Source: Desulfocapsa sulfexigens DSM 10523 (GTDB lineage Bacteria; Desulfobacterota; Desulfobulbia; Desulfobulbales; Desulfocapsaceae). Taken from it: a stretch of 32,000 nt of DNA. The notes below the pieces were generated by a model that ran no database searches, was not told the origin of the DNA, and saw only the letters and a program-made list of their open reading frames with translations. Below are positions 8,358-16,702 of this stretch, piece by piece. Position numbers and translations under genes: made by a program. Position 1 is the first letter of the stretch, and every line of letters begins with the position of its first letter. Where the stretch lies: assembly GCF_000341395.1 (NCBI RefSeq), contig NC_020304.1:2910001-2942000 (forward strand). Reading direction: 5' to 3'.

Positions 8358-8373
8358 TGGCACACCATGTGCA
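8358..8373 (+). promoter_or_regulatory. Sigma54 -24/-12 promoter
   Basis: TGGCACACCATGTGCA: TGGCAC is a perfect -24 element, and GG/GC are spaced by exactly 10 nt. It lies ~60 nt upstream of the SD-preceded ATG at 8436. Confidence 0.55.
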
Positions 8374-8435
8374 AGGTAACTGGCAGAAAGACGATAAGGA
8401 AATCTTCACTCACAATCATAAATAAGGAGAACATT

Positions 8436-8990
8436 ATGGGATTCACTGACTGGTTTGGATTAGCTATAAAGAAAAATAAAGACGTTGACGTACAAAAGAT
8501 CAAAAAACAGAGCGTGGATATGGGCGCTATGGCATCCGGCAGCCCATCTGTGGCAGCCGAGGCCCTGGGCAGAATGGTTGACCAGAACAACGCTCCGACA
8601 AAAGTTCTTATGGTGCAGGATGGGGAATATATGCAACAGGTAACAGACTATGCTCTCAAAATGGCACAACGTCTCGACTGTGAAATCATTGCGCTTGATG
8701 TCACAGACAAACCGTTGCAGTTCTCAGGTGAACGAAAAGCAAGGGAAAGTGAACGATTTATTGAGATGGCGGCCAAAAATGCAGAACAGTTCATCAACCA
8801 GGCTACTGCTCAGGGGATTAAAGTTGCTCATATCATGGATATCGCCGCGCCCGAAGAAGTGGTTGCCAGAGTAAGTGCTGCCGATGCAGGAATTCGCTAT
8901 GTTCTGAGTAAACCTGAAGGGGAAAATGCTACTGCTGACCAGCAGCGCCCCCATGTACCAGTTTTTGATCTTCACTGTTCACGTTTATAA
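8436..8990 (+). CDS. Hypothetical protein with a universal-stress-protein-like core
   Basis: AAGGAG lies 6 nt before the ATG at 8436. The track start at 8367 overlaps the promoter and has no SD. The core KVLMVQDGEYMQQVTDYALKMAQRLDCEIIALDV resembles the first beta-alpha-beta of USP/AANH folds. No G-x2-G-x9-G(S/T) ATP motif is seen. Confidence 0.55.
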   Translation: MGFTDWFGLAIKKNKDVDVQKIKKQSVDMGAMASGSPSVAAEALGRMVDQNNAPTKVLMVQDGEYMQQVTDYALKMAQRLDCEIIALDVTDKPLQFSGERKARESERFIEMAAKNAEQFINQATAQGIKVAHIMDIAAPEEVVARVSAADAGIRYVLSKPEGENATADQQRPHVPVFDLHCSRL

Positions 8991-9020
8991 TTTTTGGTCA
9001 ATAATAAGAGGAGTAATATT

Positions 9021-9296
9021 ATGGAACCCCTAACACTTTTTGCCGCAACCGTTGGACTTATTGGAAGTATCCACCTTGTATCCACCACCTTTGAACGCTT
9101 TGGCAAAGGACGATATGACAAGGGGAATCAGCAGGGCAAAAGAAATGACTGGTACTGTTTTTTTCAGCCATCTGATCTTCTGGGTGAAGACTGGAACAAA
9201 ACTGAAAATAGAAATGATCGGCCAAGCCTTGGTAACTCTGAACGTCTTGATCAGGCACGTAGGCAACAGGCAAACCGCCCACGCATGCAGGTCTGA
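9021..9296 (+). CDS. Small hypothetical protein: N-terminal TM helix followed by a charged, low-complexity tail
   Basis: AAGAGGAG lies upstream of the ATG at 9021 (MEPLTLFAATVGLIGSIHLV...). It sits 30 nt after the previous gene and is followed by a strong terminator. Confidence 0.55.
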   Translation: MEPLTLFAATVGLIGSIHLVSTTFERFGKGRYDKGNQQGKRNDWYCFFQPSDLLGEDWNKTENRNDRPSLGNSERLDQARRQQANRPRMQV

Positions 9297-9353
9297 AATT
9301 CAAATAGAATATTTTTCCCTTACTTAATTACTTCCTGGGTAATTTGTGGGGAG

Positions 9354-9398
9354 CGAAAGAGAGCTGTCACCGTACTGGTGGCAGCTCTCTTTCGTTTT
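9354..9398 (+). terminator. Rho-independent terminator
   Basis: 17-bp stem CGAAAGAGAGCTGTCAC / GTGGCAGCTCTCTTTCG (one G-U pair) with a 7-nt loop, then TTTT. Confidence 0.75.
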
Positions 9399-9548
9399 CA
9401 GCTACCATCGACGTCCTTTTCCGTGCATTATCCTTTAGAAACAGGTAACCTGCAGAAATGTTGAATATGGTTGTGTAGGGGGATATGCCTGCTTGCTATT
9501 TCTTTGTGACTCTCTAATCTGACTAAATCTTGTTAAATAGTCATTGTT

Positions 9549-9576
9549 TTGCATTTTGTTTTTAAAACGCTAAAAT
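9549..9576 (+). promoter_or_regulatory. Possible sigma70-type promoter
   Basis: TTGCAT, 16 nt, then TAAAAT, ~60 nt upstream of the ATG at 9635. Confidence 0.3.
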
Positions 9577-9634
9577 AGACATGGGAGTTATCTTGAACAA
9601 GAAGGGGTGAATTCTTGAAACAGGAGTAAACACA

Positions 9635-10021
9635 ATGAAAGGTGAAAAGAATTCCCGACTGGGGTGTGCGGTTGCGGTTGTAATAGTCTTATTGATCGCC
9701 ATTGCAACTTCTCTGTATTTCCAAAATGAAAAACAGCAGTCTTTAGTGACAAATGATGGCATTTCATGGATTGATGCAGTTGAAGAGTGCAAAAGAAAAT
9801 ACGAGGCGCATCTTCCTTCTGGACAAATCAAGGCACCAAACTGTCGGAAACGAACTGAAGATAATGAGTATTTTTATTTTTCCTGGAGTAAACCACTTGC
9901 GATCCTTGTAAAAAGATCCGACGGCAAAATCACCAAGATTGCGGGGAAATGTCAAGTCTCAAAGGAAAGCGGTGAGATTGTATCGATGACTTTAGGGAAA
10001 ACCGTATTAGTGAATAAGTAA
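9635..10021 (+). CDS. Hypothetical membrane-anchored protein (single N-terminal TM)
   Basis: AGGAG lies 8 nt upstream of the ATG. The N-terminal hydrophobic helix is LGCAVAVVIVLLIAIATSLY, followed by a ~95-aa soluble domain with 4 Cys. No recognisable family. Confidence 0.6.
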   Translation: MKGEKNSRLGCAVAVVIVLLIAIATSLYFQNEKQQSLVTNDGISWIDAVEECKRKYEAHLPSGQIKAPNCRKRTEDNEYFYFSWSKPLAILVKRSDGKITKIAGKCQVSKESGEIVSMTLGKTVLVNK

Positions 10022-10043
10022 GAAAATAAAAATTAAAAAGCAT

Positions 10044-10310
10044 CTATTCTTTTTTTTTCAGTCGTTGCTGAGCCTGTTCCAGAATTTCTGCAAGACTCAG
10101 AATCTTTGGTTTTGGAGGCTCAAAGATTTTCTCCTGTTCTGTGGCTGAGTAATTTTCACTGATAAATTCCTGGATTGGAAAATGCTCAAACCAACAGTCA
10201 AGGACCTTGCTGCAGGGAATACCTTTGTTAGCTGTTCTACAATATTCGAAAGTAAGAAAGTGGCCAAGCATCTTGCAATAACCTTCCCTGGTATCATGTT
10301 CATTTTTCAT
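10044..10310 (-). CDS. Small hypothetical 4-Cys protein
   Basis: 88-aa ORF, divergent from the DUF3786 gene, with Cys at positions 12, 24, 33 and 39 and a basic C-terminal tail. No family recognised. Confidence 0.5.
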   Translation of the reverse strand: MKNEHDTREGYCKMLGHFLTFEYCRTANKGIPCSKVLDCWFEHFPIQEFISENYSATEQEKIFEPPKPKILSLAEILEQAQQRLKKKE

Positions 10311-10393
10311 TACTATGCTCCCGCTTTTTTATGATGTGTGAATATGTAAATATACCACTGCAATCTTTTTCTGGCGAGAATTGAAAAGCTTTT

Positions 10394-11209
10394 ATGCAAA
10401 TGAAAAGAAAATCAGCCCTAACTCCTTTGGAAATATATAAACTCCTTGATCAGAGCAACTGTAAACGTTGCATGCTGCCAAGTTGTCTTGCATTTGCAGC
10501 AGCTGTTATTGGTGGTCAGAAAAAGCTTGAGGATTGTCCCTCTCTTTCCGAGGAAAGTAAACAGTTATTATCTGTGAATCTTGTACAGCGTAGAACGTCG
10601 GACGATATTCGTGCCGAATTTATGGAAAAACTGAAGGAACAAGTTGGAAACCTGGAGTTTTCATCGGTGGCAGAGCGTGTTGGAGGAGAGTGCGGGAAGC
10701 AGTGTGATATCCTCAGTATACGATCGCTCGGCAAAGAATTTTATGTTGATCATTGTGGTGTGGTGCGCTCCGAATGTCATATCATTCCCTGGGTTGAAGC
10801 ACCTCTGCTTTCCTATATTTGCAATCCTGATCATCAGCAGATTACTGGAAACTGGATCTCTTTTCGGGAAATCAAAGGCGGAATCGAATGGCGGGGTCTT
10901 TTCCGAAGTCGTTGTGAAACTCCGCTTAGAATTCTTGCGGACAAGTATCCCGAACTTCTTGCAGACATTGTTGAACTTTTCCTGGGAAAAGAGGTTGAGG
11001 GGTTTGAGGCAGATATTGCACTTGTCCTGCATCCGTTCCCCCACGTTCCCATCCTTATCTGCTATCAGGCCTCGGATGGAGATATAGAGTCAGAACTGAA
11101 TATATTCTTTGATGAATGCTGTGGGGTGAACCTGCACGTAAAGTCAATTTATACTCTCTGTGCAGGGCTGGTCAAAATGTTTGAGCAGATAGCCAGGAAT
11201 CACTATTGA
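10394..11209 (+). CDS. Fe-S domain (RnfB / corrinoid Fe-S protein N-terminal type) fused to a DUF3786-like domain
   Basis: The N-terminus SNCKRCMLPSCLAFAAAVIGGQKKLEDCP gives a C-x2-C-x4-C-x16-C pattern typical of the 'putative Fe-S cluster' domain. The remainder resembles DUF3786 proteins in length and context, which is a recognition-level call. Confidence 0.7.
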   Translation: MQMKRKSALTPLEIYKLLDQSNCKRCMLPSCLAFAAAVIGGQKKLEDCPSLSEESKQLLSVNLVQRRTSDDIRAEFMEKLKEQVGNLEFSSVAERVGGECGKQCDILSIRSLGKEFYVDHCGVVRSECHIIPWVEAPLLSYICNPDHQQITGNWISFREIKGGIEWRGLFRSRCETPLRILADKYPELLADIVELFLGKEVEGFEADIALVLHPFPHVPILICYQASDGDIESELNIFFDECCGVNLHVKSIYTLCAGLVKMFEQIARNHY

Positions 11210-11212
11210 TTC

Positions 11213-12376
11213 CTACAGACAATTGTTGAGCACTGCTTCAATTTTTTCACTATCGTAATCTTGCATCCGCCATACTTTGGCGAGGGTGAGTGCGTTCTCT
11301 GCAATTTTGGGAATATCTTCCTTCGGGATATTGAGCGCGCTGATAGTAGTTGGCGAACTGATCGCTTTGAACCATGACTCCAGGGCGTTGATTCCTTCTT
11401 CTGCTTTTTCTGAACTACTCCCCTTGCGAATGTCAAAGACCCGATCTGCAAATTGGGAAAAACGCTGGGGTTTTGTGGCAGCGTGGTAACGCATCCATCC
11501 CGGAATAATGGCAGAAAGGCCTGCACCGTGAGGAACATTGTAAAAGGCTGAGAGGGAATGTTCTATCATATGCATGGGAAAACCGACCTTTCCAAGTCCT
11601 GCCCCTGTCAATCCATTCAGTGCAAGTGTTGCGGTCCACATAAGGTCTGCCCGTGCTTGATAGTCATTGGGGGTATTCAGAACTCTGTTGCAGCTTTCCA
11701 TGGCATTGATTACCAGGCCTTCCATCAGTCTATCCTGAACAGGAGTATAGGGGTCTTCCTTCGTGAAATAGAATTCAAGCACGTGGGCCACAGCATCAAC
11801 AGCACCATAGGCTGTGTAATCGGCAGGGACGGAACAGGTAACAGCAGGATCGAGGATGGATGTTTTTGGAAATAACAGTTTATTGGCAAAACCAAATTTC
11901 TGTGATGTCGTCTCGTTGGTTATAACCATTCCTGAATTCATTTCAGAACCGGAGGCCGCAAGGGTGAGCACGGTGGTGAGGGGAAGGGTTGACTTAATAC
12001 TTTTTTTCCCAGTGAAAAATTTCCATACGTCGTGTTGAACTGTGGCTCCTGCACAGATTGCCTTAGCTTCATCTATAACTGATCCTCCGCCAACTGCACA
12101 AATCACATCACATTTGTTATCTTTTGCAAGCTGTATACCCACCTGCACATGCGAAAGAAGCGGGTTGGACTGCACACCGCCGTGCTCTGTGATTGTCGCT
12201 CCTGCAGCGCCGAGTGATTGAGTAACCTCTTTATAAAGGCCGTTTTTCTTTATGGATCCGGATCCATAAACCAGAAGAACATTTTTTCCAAAAAGAAGCG
12301 TTTCCTCTCCAATTGAAGACACAGTATTTTTACCGAACAGGATCTTGGTTGGGTTGTGAAAGACAAAATTTTGCAT
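11213..12376 (-). CDS. Iron-containing (group III) alcohol dehydrogenase, butanol dehydrogenase / YqhD-like
   Basis: 387 aa. Starts MQNFVFHNPTKILFGKN; GGGSVID nucleotide motif; metal-binding His region (AHVLEFYF, HMIEHSLS...HGAGL). Confidence 0.92.
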   Translation of the reverse strand: MQNFVFHNPTKILFGKNTVSSIGEETLLFGKNVLLVYGSGSIKKNGLYKEVTQSLGAAGATITEHGGVQSNPLLSHVQVGIQLAKDNKCDVICAVGGGSVIDEAKAICAGATVQHDVWKFFTGKKSIKSTLPLTTVLTLAASGSEMNSGMVITNETTSQKFGFANKLLFPKTSILDPAVTCSVPADYTAYGAVDAVAHVLEFYFTKEDPYTPVQDRLMEGLVINAMESCNRVLNTPNDYQARADLMWTATLALNGLTGAGLGKVGFPMHMIEHSLSAFYNVPHGAGLSAIIPGWMRYHAATKPQRFSQFADRVFDIRKGSSSEKAEEGINALESWFKAISSPTTISALNIPKEDIPKIAENALTLAKVWRMQDYDSEKIEAVLNNCL

Positions 12377-12439
12377 GGAATATACCTGGCTGAGAGTAGG
12401 GATTGAATGTGTGGTTTCAGGTTGTTTTTGAGGGGTATG

Positions 12440-13327
12440 TCAGGCAGTAATGGTTTGCGTGAATGTTTGGGTTAAATCAATAAAGGCATCAAGGTCAAGT
12501 GTCTCTGCCCGTGTTCCAGGTGAAAGTCCAGATTTCTTGATACAGTCTCTGGTGAGCTCTTTCTCTTTCTTTTTATCACCGTTTGCAATTTCCTTGAAAA
12601 AACCACCACCAGTGAGAGTGTTGAGCAGAGTTTTTCTCCTCTGGCTGAAGGCTGCACGGACAATCTTTTGAAAAAGAAGTCTGTCATAGATTCTGCTGCC
12701 GATGGCCTCTGTGGCGGAAAAATCAATAAAAACTACTATGGAGTCAATCTTGGGTCGGGGGTGAAACTCGGCAGGTTTCAAGGTTAGTAGTGATTTTACC
12801 GTGGCGCAGCTTTTTAGTAACACCGTGGGGATACCATATTGTTTCGTTCCAGGTTCGGCAGTGAGACGGTCTGCCACCTCTTTTTGGAGCATTATGGTGG
12901 CCCAGTCCATTTTTTCCTGATTCGCTATAAGCGTAAATAAAAAAGGATTTGAAATGGAGTAGGGGAGGTTGGCCATAATTTTCAGGGGGCCTTTGCTGAG
13001 TTTGTAGAGTTCCTCAAAATCAGCCTTGAGGATATCCTGATGGATCAAGGTGACATTGGCGGGAAGATCTTCCTTTTCCTGATGAAATCGAACAATACCA
13101 CTATCCACTTCCAGGCCGATTACCTGCGAGGCACGGTTAGCAATAGGCTGGGTGAGTGCGCCAAGGCCAACTCCCACCTCAATTATAATGTCACTCTCGG
13201 TGATTGGACCACAGCGGGCAACGGCTTCAGCGGTAGCCCTGTTGACAAGAAAATTTTGCCCAAGTTGTTTTTTTGGGGCAAGATTTTCTTCTCTGAGTGA
13301 TTTTCTGGTTTCACCGTATCGGGTCAT
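12440..13327 (-). CDS. rsmA: 16S rRNA (adenine1518/1519-N6)-dimethyltransferase
   Basis: KKQLGQNFLVN N-terminal signature, SAM motif EVGVGLGALT, and NLPYSISNP catalytic motif. Confidence 0.93.
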   Translation of the reverse strand: MTRYGETRKSLREENLAPKKQLGQNFLVNRATAEAVARCGPITESDIIIEVGVGLGALTQPIANRASQVIGLEVDSGIVRFHQEKEDLPANVTLIHQDILKADFEELYKLSKGPLKIMANLPYSISNPFLFTLIANQEKMDWATIMLQKEVADRLTAEPGTKQYGIPTVLLKSCATVKSLLTLKPAEFHPRPKIDSIVVFIDFSATEAIGSRIYDRLLFQKIVRAAFSQRRKTLLNTLTGGGFFKEIANGDKKKEKELTRDCIKKSGLSPGTRAETLDLDAFIDLTQTFTQTITA

Positions 13328-13862
13328 GAATTTCCTTTTTCTGTTTAATCGTTTTCTTTTTGGCCCGGAGGATATGTCTCTCTCTGCGTTTTTCTCTGAT
13401 TTTGAGAAAGAGGCGCAGGGTGAAAAAATACCAGAAAACCGCAGTTGGAAGAGCTAAGATCATTCCGCCACTCAACATGACAATGATAATTTCAGTCCCC
13501 TGATTGGCAAGCATGGTAACGGATTGTTTGAAACCGTGCTCTGAAATAATAACGTTGAGAATAGTATGAATTGTTTCCCAGTTGACTTTATAGGGTGTAA
13601 TAAAGTTTCCAATAACCATGCTCAGGTAATATATCGGAATGTAGGTGAAGGGGTTGCTGATTACAAGACTGGAAAAAAGACCAGCCATGGTTGAGGTTCT
13701 AGTCATCACACAGACTGCTATGATTCCAATGGTGTGGAACGGCATCACCGGCATTGTCCCGATTAACGCACCAATGCAGGCTCCCCAGGCGATATCCTTC
13801 GGGGCACCCTTGATCCTCACAAATTTGAGGTAATAAAATTTTTTCAGCCGCGTAAAGTTCAT
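13311..13862 (-). CDS. DUF2062-family membrane protein (paralog A)
   Basis: KFVRIKGAPKDIAWGACIGALIGTMPVMPFHT...NPFTYIPIYY pattern. The 3' end overlaps the rsmA start by 17 nt. Confidence 0.8.
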   Translation of the reverse strand: MNFTRLKKFYYLKFVRIKGAPKDIAWGACIGALIGTMPVMPFHTIGIIAVCVMTRTSTMAGLFSSLVISNPFTYIPIYYLSMVIGNFITPYKVNWETIHTILNVIISEHGFKQSVTMLANQGTEIIIVMLSGGMILALPTAVFWYFFTLRLFLKIREKRRERHILRAKKKTIKQKKEIHDPIR

Positions 13863-13969
13863 ATTATATATTAGCAGAATTTGTCTGGCAATCTAACCAC
13901 CTGATCAAGAAAAATACAATATAAGTTGAATTTGAAAGCTGAAAATACTTTCAGGCTTGTTGTGTGCCC

Positions 13970-14476
13970 TTACCTGTAGTTGAGAATATGTTTTTTACGT
14001 TTCTTTTCGCGGATTTTCAGAAAGAGCTGTAATGACATATAATAACCGACAACTGTGAACGGCAGAGCCAAAATCGACCCGCCGACAAGTAAAACAATAA
14101 CTGCTTCATATCCGAGTCCGGCAAGGGCATGCAGAGATTCCATAATCCCGGGTTTAGCAACTATAATGTCCAGCACAGCTTTCATCCGTTCCCAGGAAAA
14201 TTCATAGGGGGTTGCTGCATTGCCGATTACTATTGAAAAGTAATACTGGGGGATATAGGTGAGTGGGTTACAGACAATCACGGAGGCTAGTATAGCAGCA
14301 ATTGGTGAGGTTCTGGTGAGAAAGGTGACCAGCAGGTTAAGGACAGTATGAAAGGGAATTATGGGTGTTATTCCAAGAAATGTACCAACGGCTGTTCCTC
14401 TGGCAAGGTATTTGGGATCACCTTGAAGGCGGGTGAATTTCAGGTAATAGTAGCGGAATGTGCGTTTGGGGTTCAT
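13970..14476 (-). CDS. DUF2062-family membrane protein (paralog B)
   Basis: KFTRLQGDPKYLARGTAVGTFLGITPIIPFHT...NPLTYIPQYY. It is collinear with paralog A along its whole length and both end in LFLKIREK+basic tail. Confidence 0.8.
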   Translation of the reverse strand: MNPKRTFRYYYLKFTRLQGDPKYLARGTAVGTFLGITPIIPFHTVLNLLVTFLTRTSPIAAILASVIVCNPLTYIPQYYFSIVIGNAATPYEFSWERMKAVLDIIVAKPGIMESLHALAGLGYEAVIVLLVGGSILALPFTVVGYYMSLQLFLKIREKKRKKHILNYR

Positions 14477-14481
14477 GGAGT

Positions 14482-15516
14482 TTATGCCAGTAAGGAACGG
14501 CAGTAAACGTCACTGTCATACGAAAAATGAGAATTCTGGCGATGCTGGTGAACGCCTGCGATTGCGATCATGGCGCCATTGTCGGTGCAGTAGGCTGGAC
14601 GAGGTACATAGAGCCTGTTTCCTTCGTCCTGGCAGCGCTTTTCCATGTGTCGTCGAAGTCGTGGGTTAGAGGAAACCCCGCCACCCAGAACCACCGTATG
14701 GATATTCTGCTGAGTGGCGGCAAGCATGGTCTTTTCCACAAGAATGTCAACTACCGCTTCCTGGAAGGAGGCGCAGATATCTGCAATCTGCAGAGGGTTT
14801 TTCTTTTGACCTTCGTTGTTGCAGTGGTTTAATACTGCCGTTTTCAGTCCCGAAAAACTAAAATCCAGAGAGTCTTTTTCAAGCCATGAGCGTGGGAATT
14901 TTATGGCATCTGGCGTTCCGGATTGGGCTTCCCTTGATATGATTGGTCCACCGGGGTACGGGAAACCAAGGAGTTTAGCGACCTTGTCAAAGGCCTCCCC
15001 TGCTGCATCATCACGGGTTCTACCAAGAAGGGTGAAGCTCGTATAACTGTCTGCCCGGTAAATAGAGCTTGTTCCTCCGGAAACAATAAGCGCGATAAAG
15101 GGGAATTCCGGCTTATCTTCTTCAAGAAAAACAGACAGAATGTGGCCAGCCATATGATCCACACCGACACAGGGGATTTTGCTCACGTAGGAGAGTGCCT
15201 TGGCATAGGAAAAACCGACAAGTAAAGACCCTATCAGCCCTGGCCCCTGGGTTACTGCGAGAAGATCAATATCCTTCAGGTTGACTTCTGCTCGCGCCAG
15301 GGCTTCATTGACAACGGGAACAATGGATTCAAGGTGATTTCGTGATGCGAGTTCCGGTACGACTCCACCAAAACGAGTATGGATACTGTCCTGGCTGGTG
15401 AGAACGGAGGAGAGTAGTCTGCAATCATCCTGTAGCACTGCAGCGGCGGTATCATCACAGGAGCTTTCAATTCCTAGTGTCAGCATTTTTATTGCCTGTT
15501 TTTTTACAGTCGCCAT
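14482..15516 (-). CDS. tsaD: tRNA N6-adenosine threonylcarbamoyltransferase
   Basis: LGIESSCDDTAAAV, the HMAGH metal site, and GGVSSN near the C-terminus. The true start may be the internal Met at 15486 (MLTLGIESSCDD). Confidence 0.93.
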   Translation of the reverse strand: MATVKKQAIKMLTLGIESSCDDTAAAVLQDDCRLLSSVLTSQDSIHTRFGGVVPELASRNHLESIVPVVNEALARAEVNLKDIDLLAVTQGPGLIGSLLVGFSYAKALSYVSKIPCVGVDHMAGHILSVFLEEDKPEFPFIALIVSGGTSSIYRADSYTSFTLLGRTRDDAAGEAFDKVAKLLGFPYPGGPIISREAQSGTPDAIKFPRSWLEKDSLDFSFSGLKTAVLNHCNNEGQKKNPLQIADICASFQEAVVDILVEKTMLAATQQNIHTVVLGGGVSSNPRLRRHMEKRCQDEGNRLYVPRPAYCTDNGAMIAIAGVHQHRQNSHFSYDSDVYCRSLLA

Positions 15517-15670
15517 TGGCAGCAGAATAAATAACTACTGGCAGAAAAGGCGCAATCGGGGTAAGAGGAGGCCAATATATTAGTCCTTACCATCAAAGTC
15601 AATGGTGTGTAGGATATAGAAGTCCGTATATAAATATTATCTGCAATTATTCTTTCTCAAATGTAAGTAT

Positions 15671-16702
15671 ATGAGTACATCTGACCAGAACATACATTCC
15701 AGTAATGAGCTAGTTGATATGTTTTCACGAACTATCTCCTATCTTCGCCTCTCTCTGACAGATCGCTGTAATCTCCGCTGTGTCTACTGTATGCCTGTCG
15801 ACAATGATAAGGGGCTCGAAGTGCTGCAGCATGAAGATTTGCTGAGCTATGAAGAGCTTCTGCGTATAGTCAAGTTGGTGGTGGGTATGGGGATGAATAA
15901 AATTCGTCTCACAGGCGGAGAGCCATTGGTGCGGCGTGGAGTTATGAATTTTATTGAGAGCTTGTCGCAAATTAATGGACTTGATGAGATTCGCCTGACC
16001 ACCAATGGTGTTCTGTTGCATGAAAAAGCAGAGGGATTGTATCGTGCAGGTATTCGTAAACTGAATATTTCACTGGACAGTATGCGCCCCGAGCGTTTCA
16101 TGAAAATAACGGGAGTTGATCTTTTTCACAGAGTCTGGCAGGGAATCGAAACTGCAGAGCGTCTTGGTTTTGACGTCAAACTCAATGTGGTTGCAATGAA
16201 AGGGGTAAATGATGACGAGTTTGTTGATTTTGCCAGACTTGCAGTGGAAAAACCGTATCAGGTCCGCTTTATCGAGTTTATGCCGGTGGGCGACAGATCC
16301 ACCTGGAATGAAGCCTCCTATATTTCTTCAACTGAACTCAAGAAACGTATCGGAGATATTGGAGTCCTTGAGCCGCTGCCAGGATCCAAGATGGATGGTC
16401 CTGCCAGAGTTTATTCACTCACAAGCGTTGACGGCTTACAGGGGAGAGTTGGTTTTATCAGCCCGATAAGCCACCATTTCTGTGACACCTGCAATCGCCT
16501 GCGCCTCACTTCAGCCGGGAGGTTGAGAGCTTGTCTTCTGAATGATAAGGAGGCAGATCTTAAGAGTCTGCTCAGGAAAGGAGCCACGGATGACGAGATT
16601 AAAGGGCTTATCAGGCAGACTATCCTTGATAAGCCCAAGGGGCATACTCTGGCTGAAGATCAGGCCAGATGCAGTGGCCAGATGTCACGCATCGGAGGAT
16701 GA
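15671..16702 (+). CDS. moaA: GTP 3',8-cyclase (molybdenum cofactor biosynthesis protein A)
   Basis: Radical-SAM motif LTDRCNLRCVYCMP, LTGGEPL, and the C-terminal auxiliary cluster CDTCNRLRLTSAGRLRAC. The protein ends in GG. Confidence 0.94.
   Translation: MSTSDQNIHSSNELVDMFSRTISYLRLSLTDRCNLRCVYCMPVDNDKGLEVLQHEDLLSYEELLRIVKLVVGMGMNKIRLTGGEPLVRRGVMNFIESLSQINGLDEIRLTTNGVLLHEKAEGLYRAGIRKLNISLDSMRPERFMKITGVDLFHRVWQGIETAERLGFDVKLNVVAMKGVNDDEFVDFARLAVEKPYQVRFIEFMPVGDRSTWNEASYISSTELKKRIGDIGVLEPLPGSKMDGPARVYSLTSVDGLQGRVGFISPISHHFCDTCNRLRLTSAGRLRACLLNDKEADLKSLLRKGATDDEIKGLIRQTILDKPKGHTLAEDQARCSGQMSRIGG

Noticed and set aside
9030-9327. Three alternative-frame ORFs (9030-9266 minus, 9040-9327 plus, 9058-9303 minus) overlapping the 9021-9296 ORF
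   Set aside because: Only the 9021 frame has a strong SD, is placed correctly after the upstream gene and ends before the terminator. The others are frame shadows.
15517-15670. Moco riboswitch expected upstream of moaA
   Set aside because: The 154-nt divergent region contains a short GGTAAG...CTTACC hairpin, but I could not recognise the conserved Moco-motif core by eye. It needs an Infernal scan, so I am not reporting it.
16685-16702. 18-nt convergent overlap of the moaA and pheA 3' ends
   Set aside because: This is ordinary compact gene packing. Both ORFs have full-length conserved C-termini and no extra signal.
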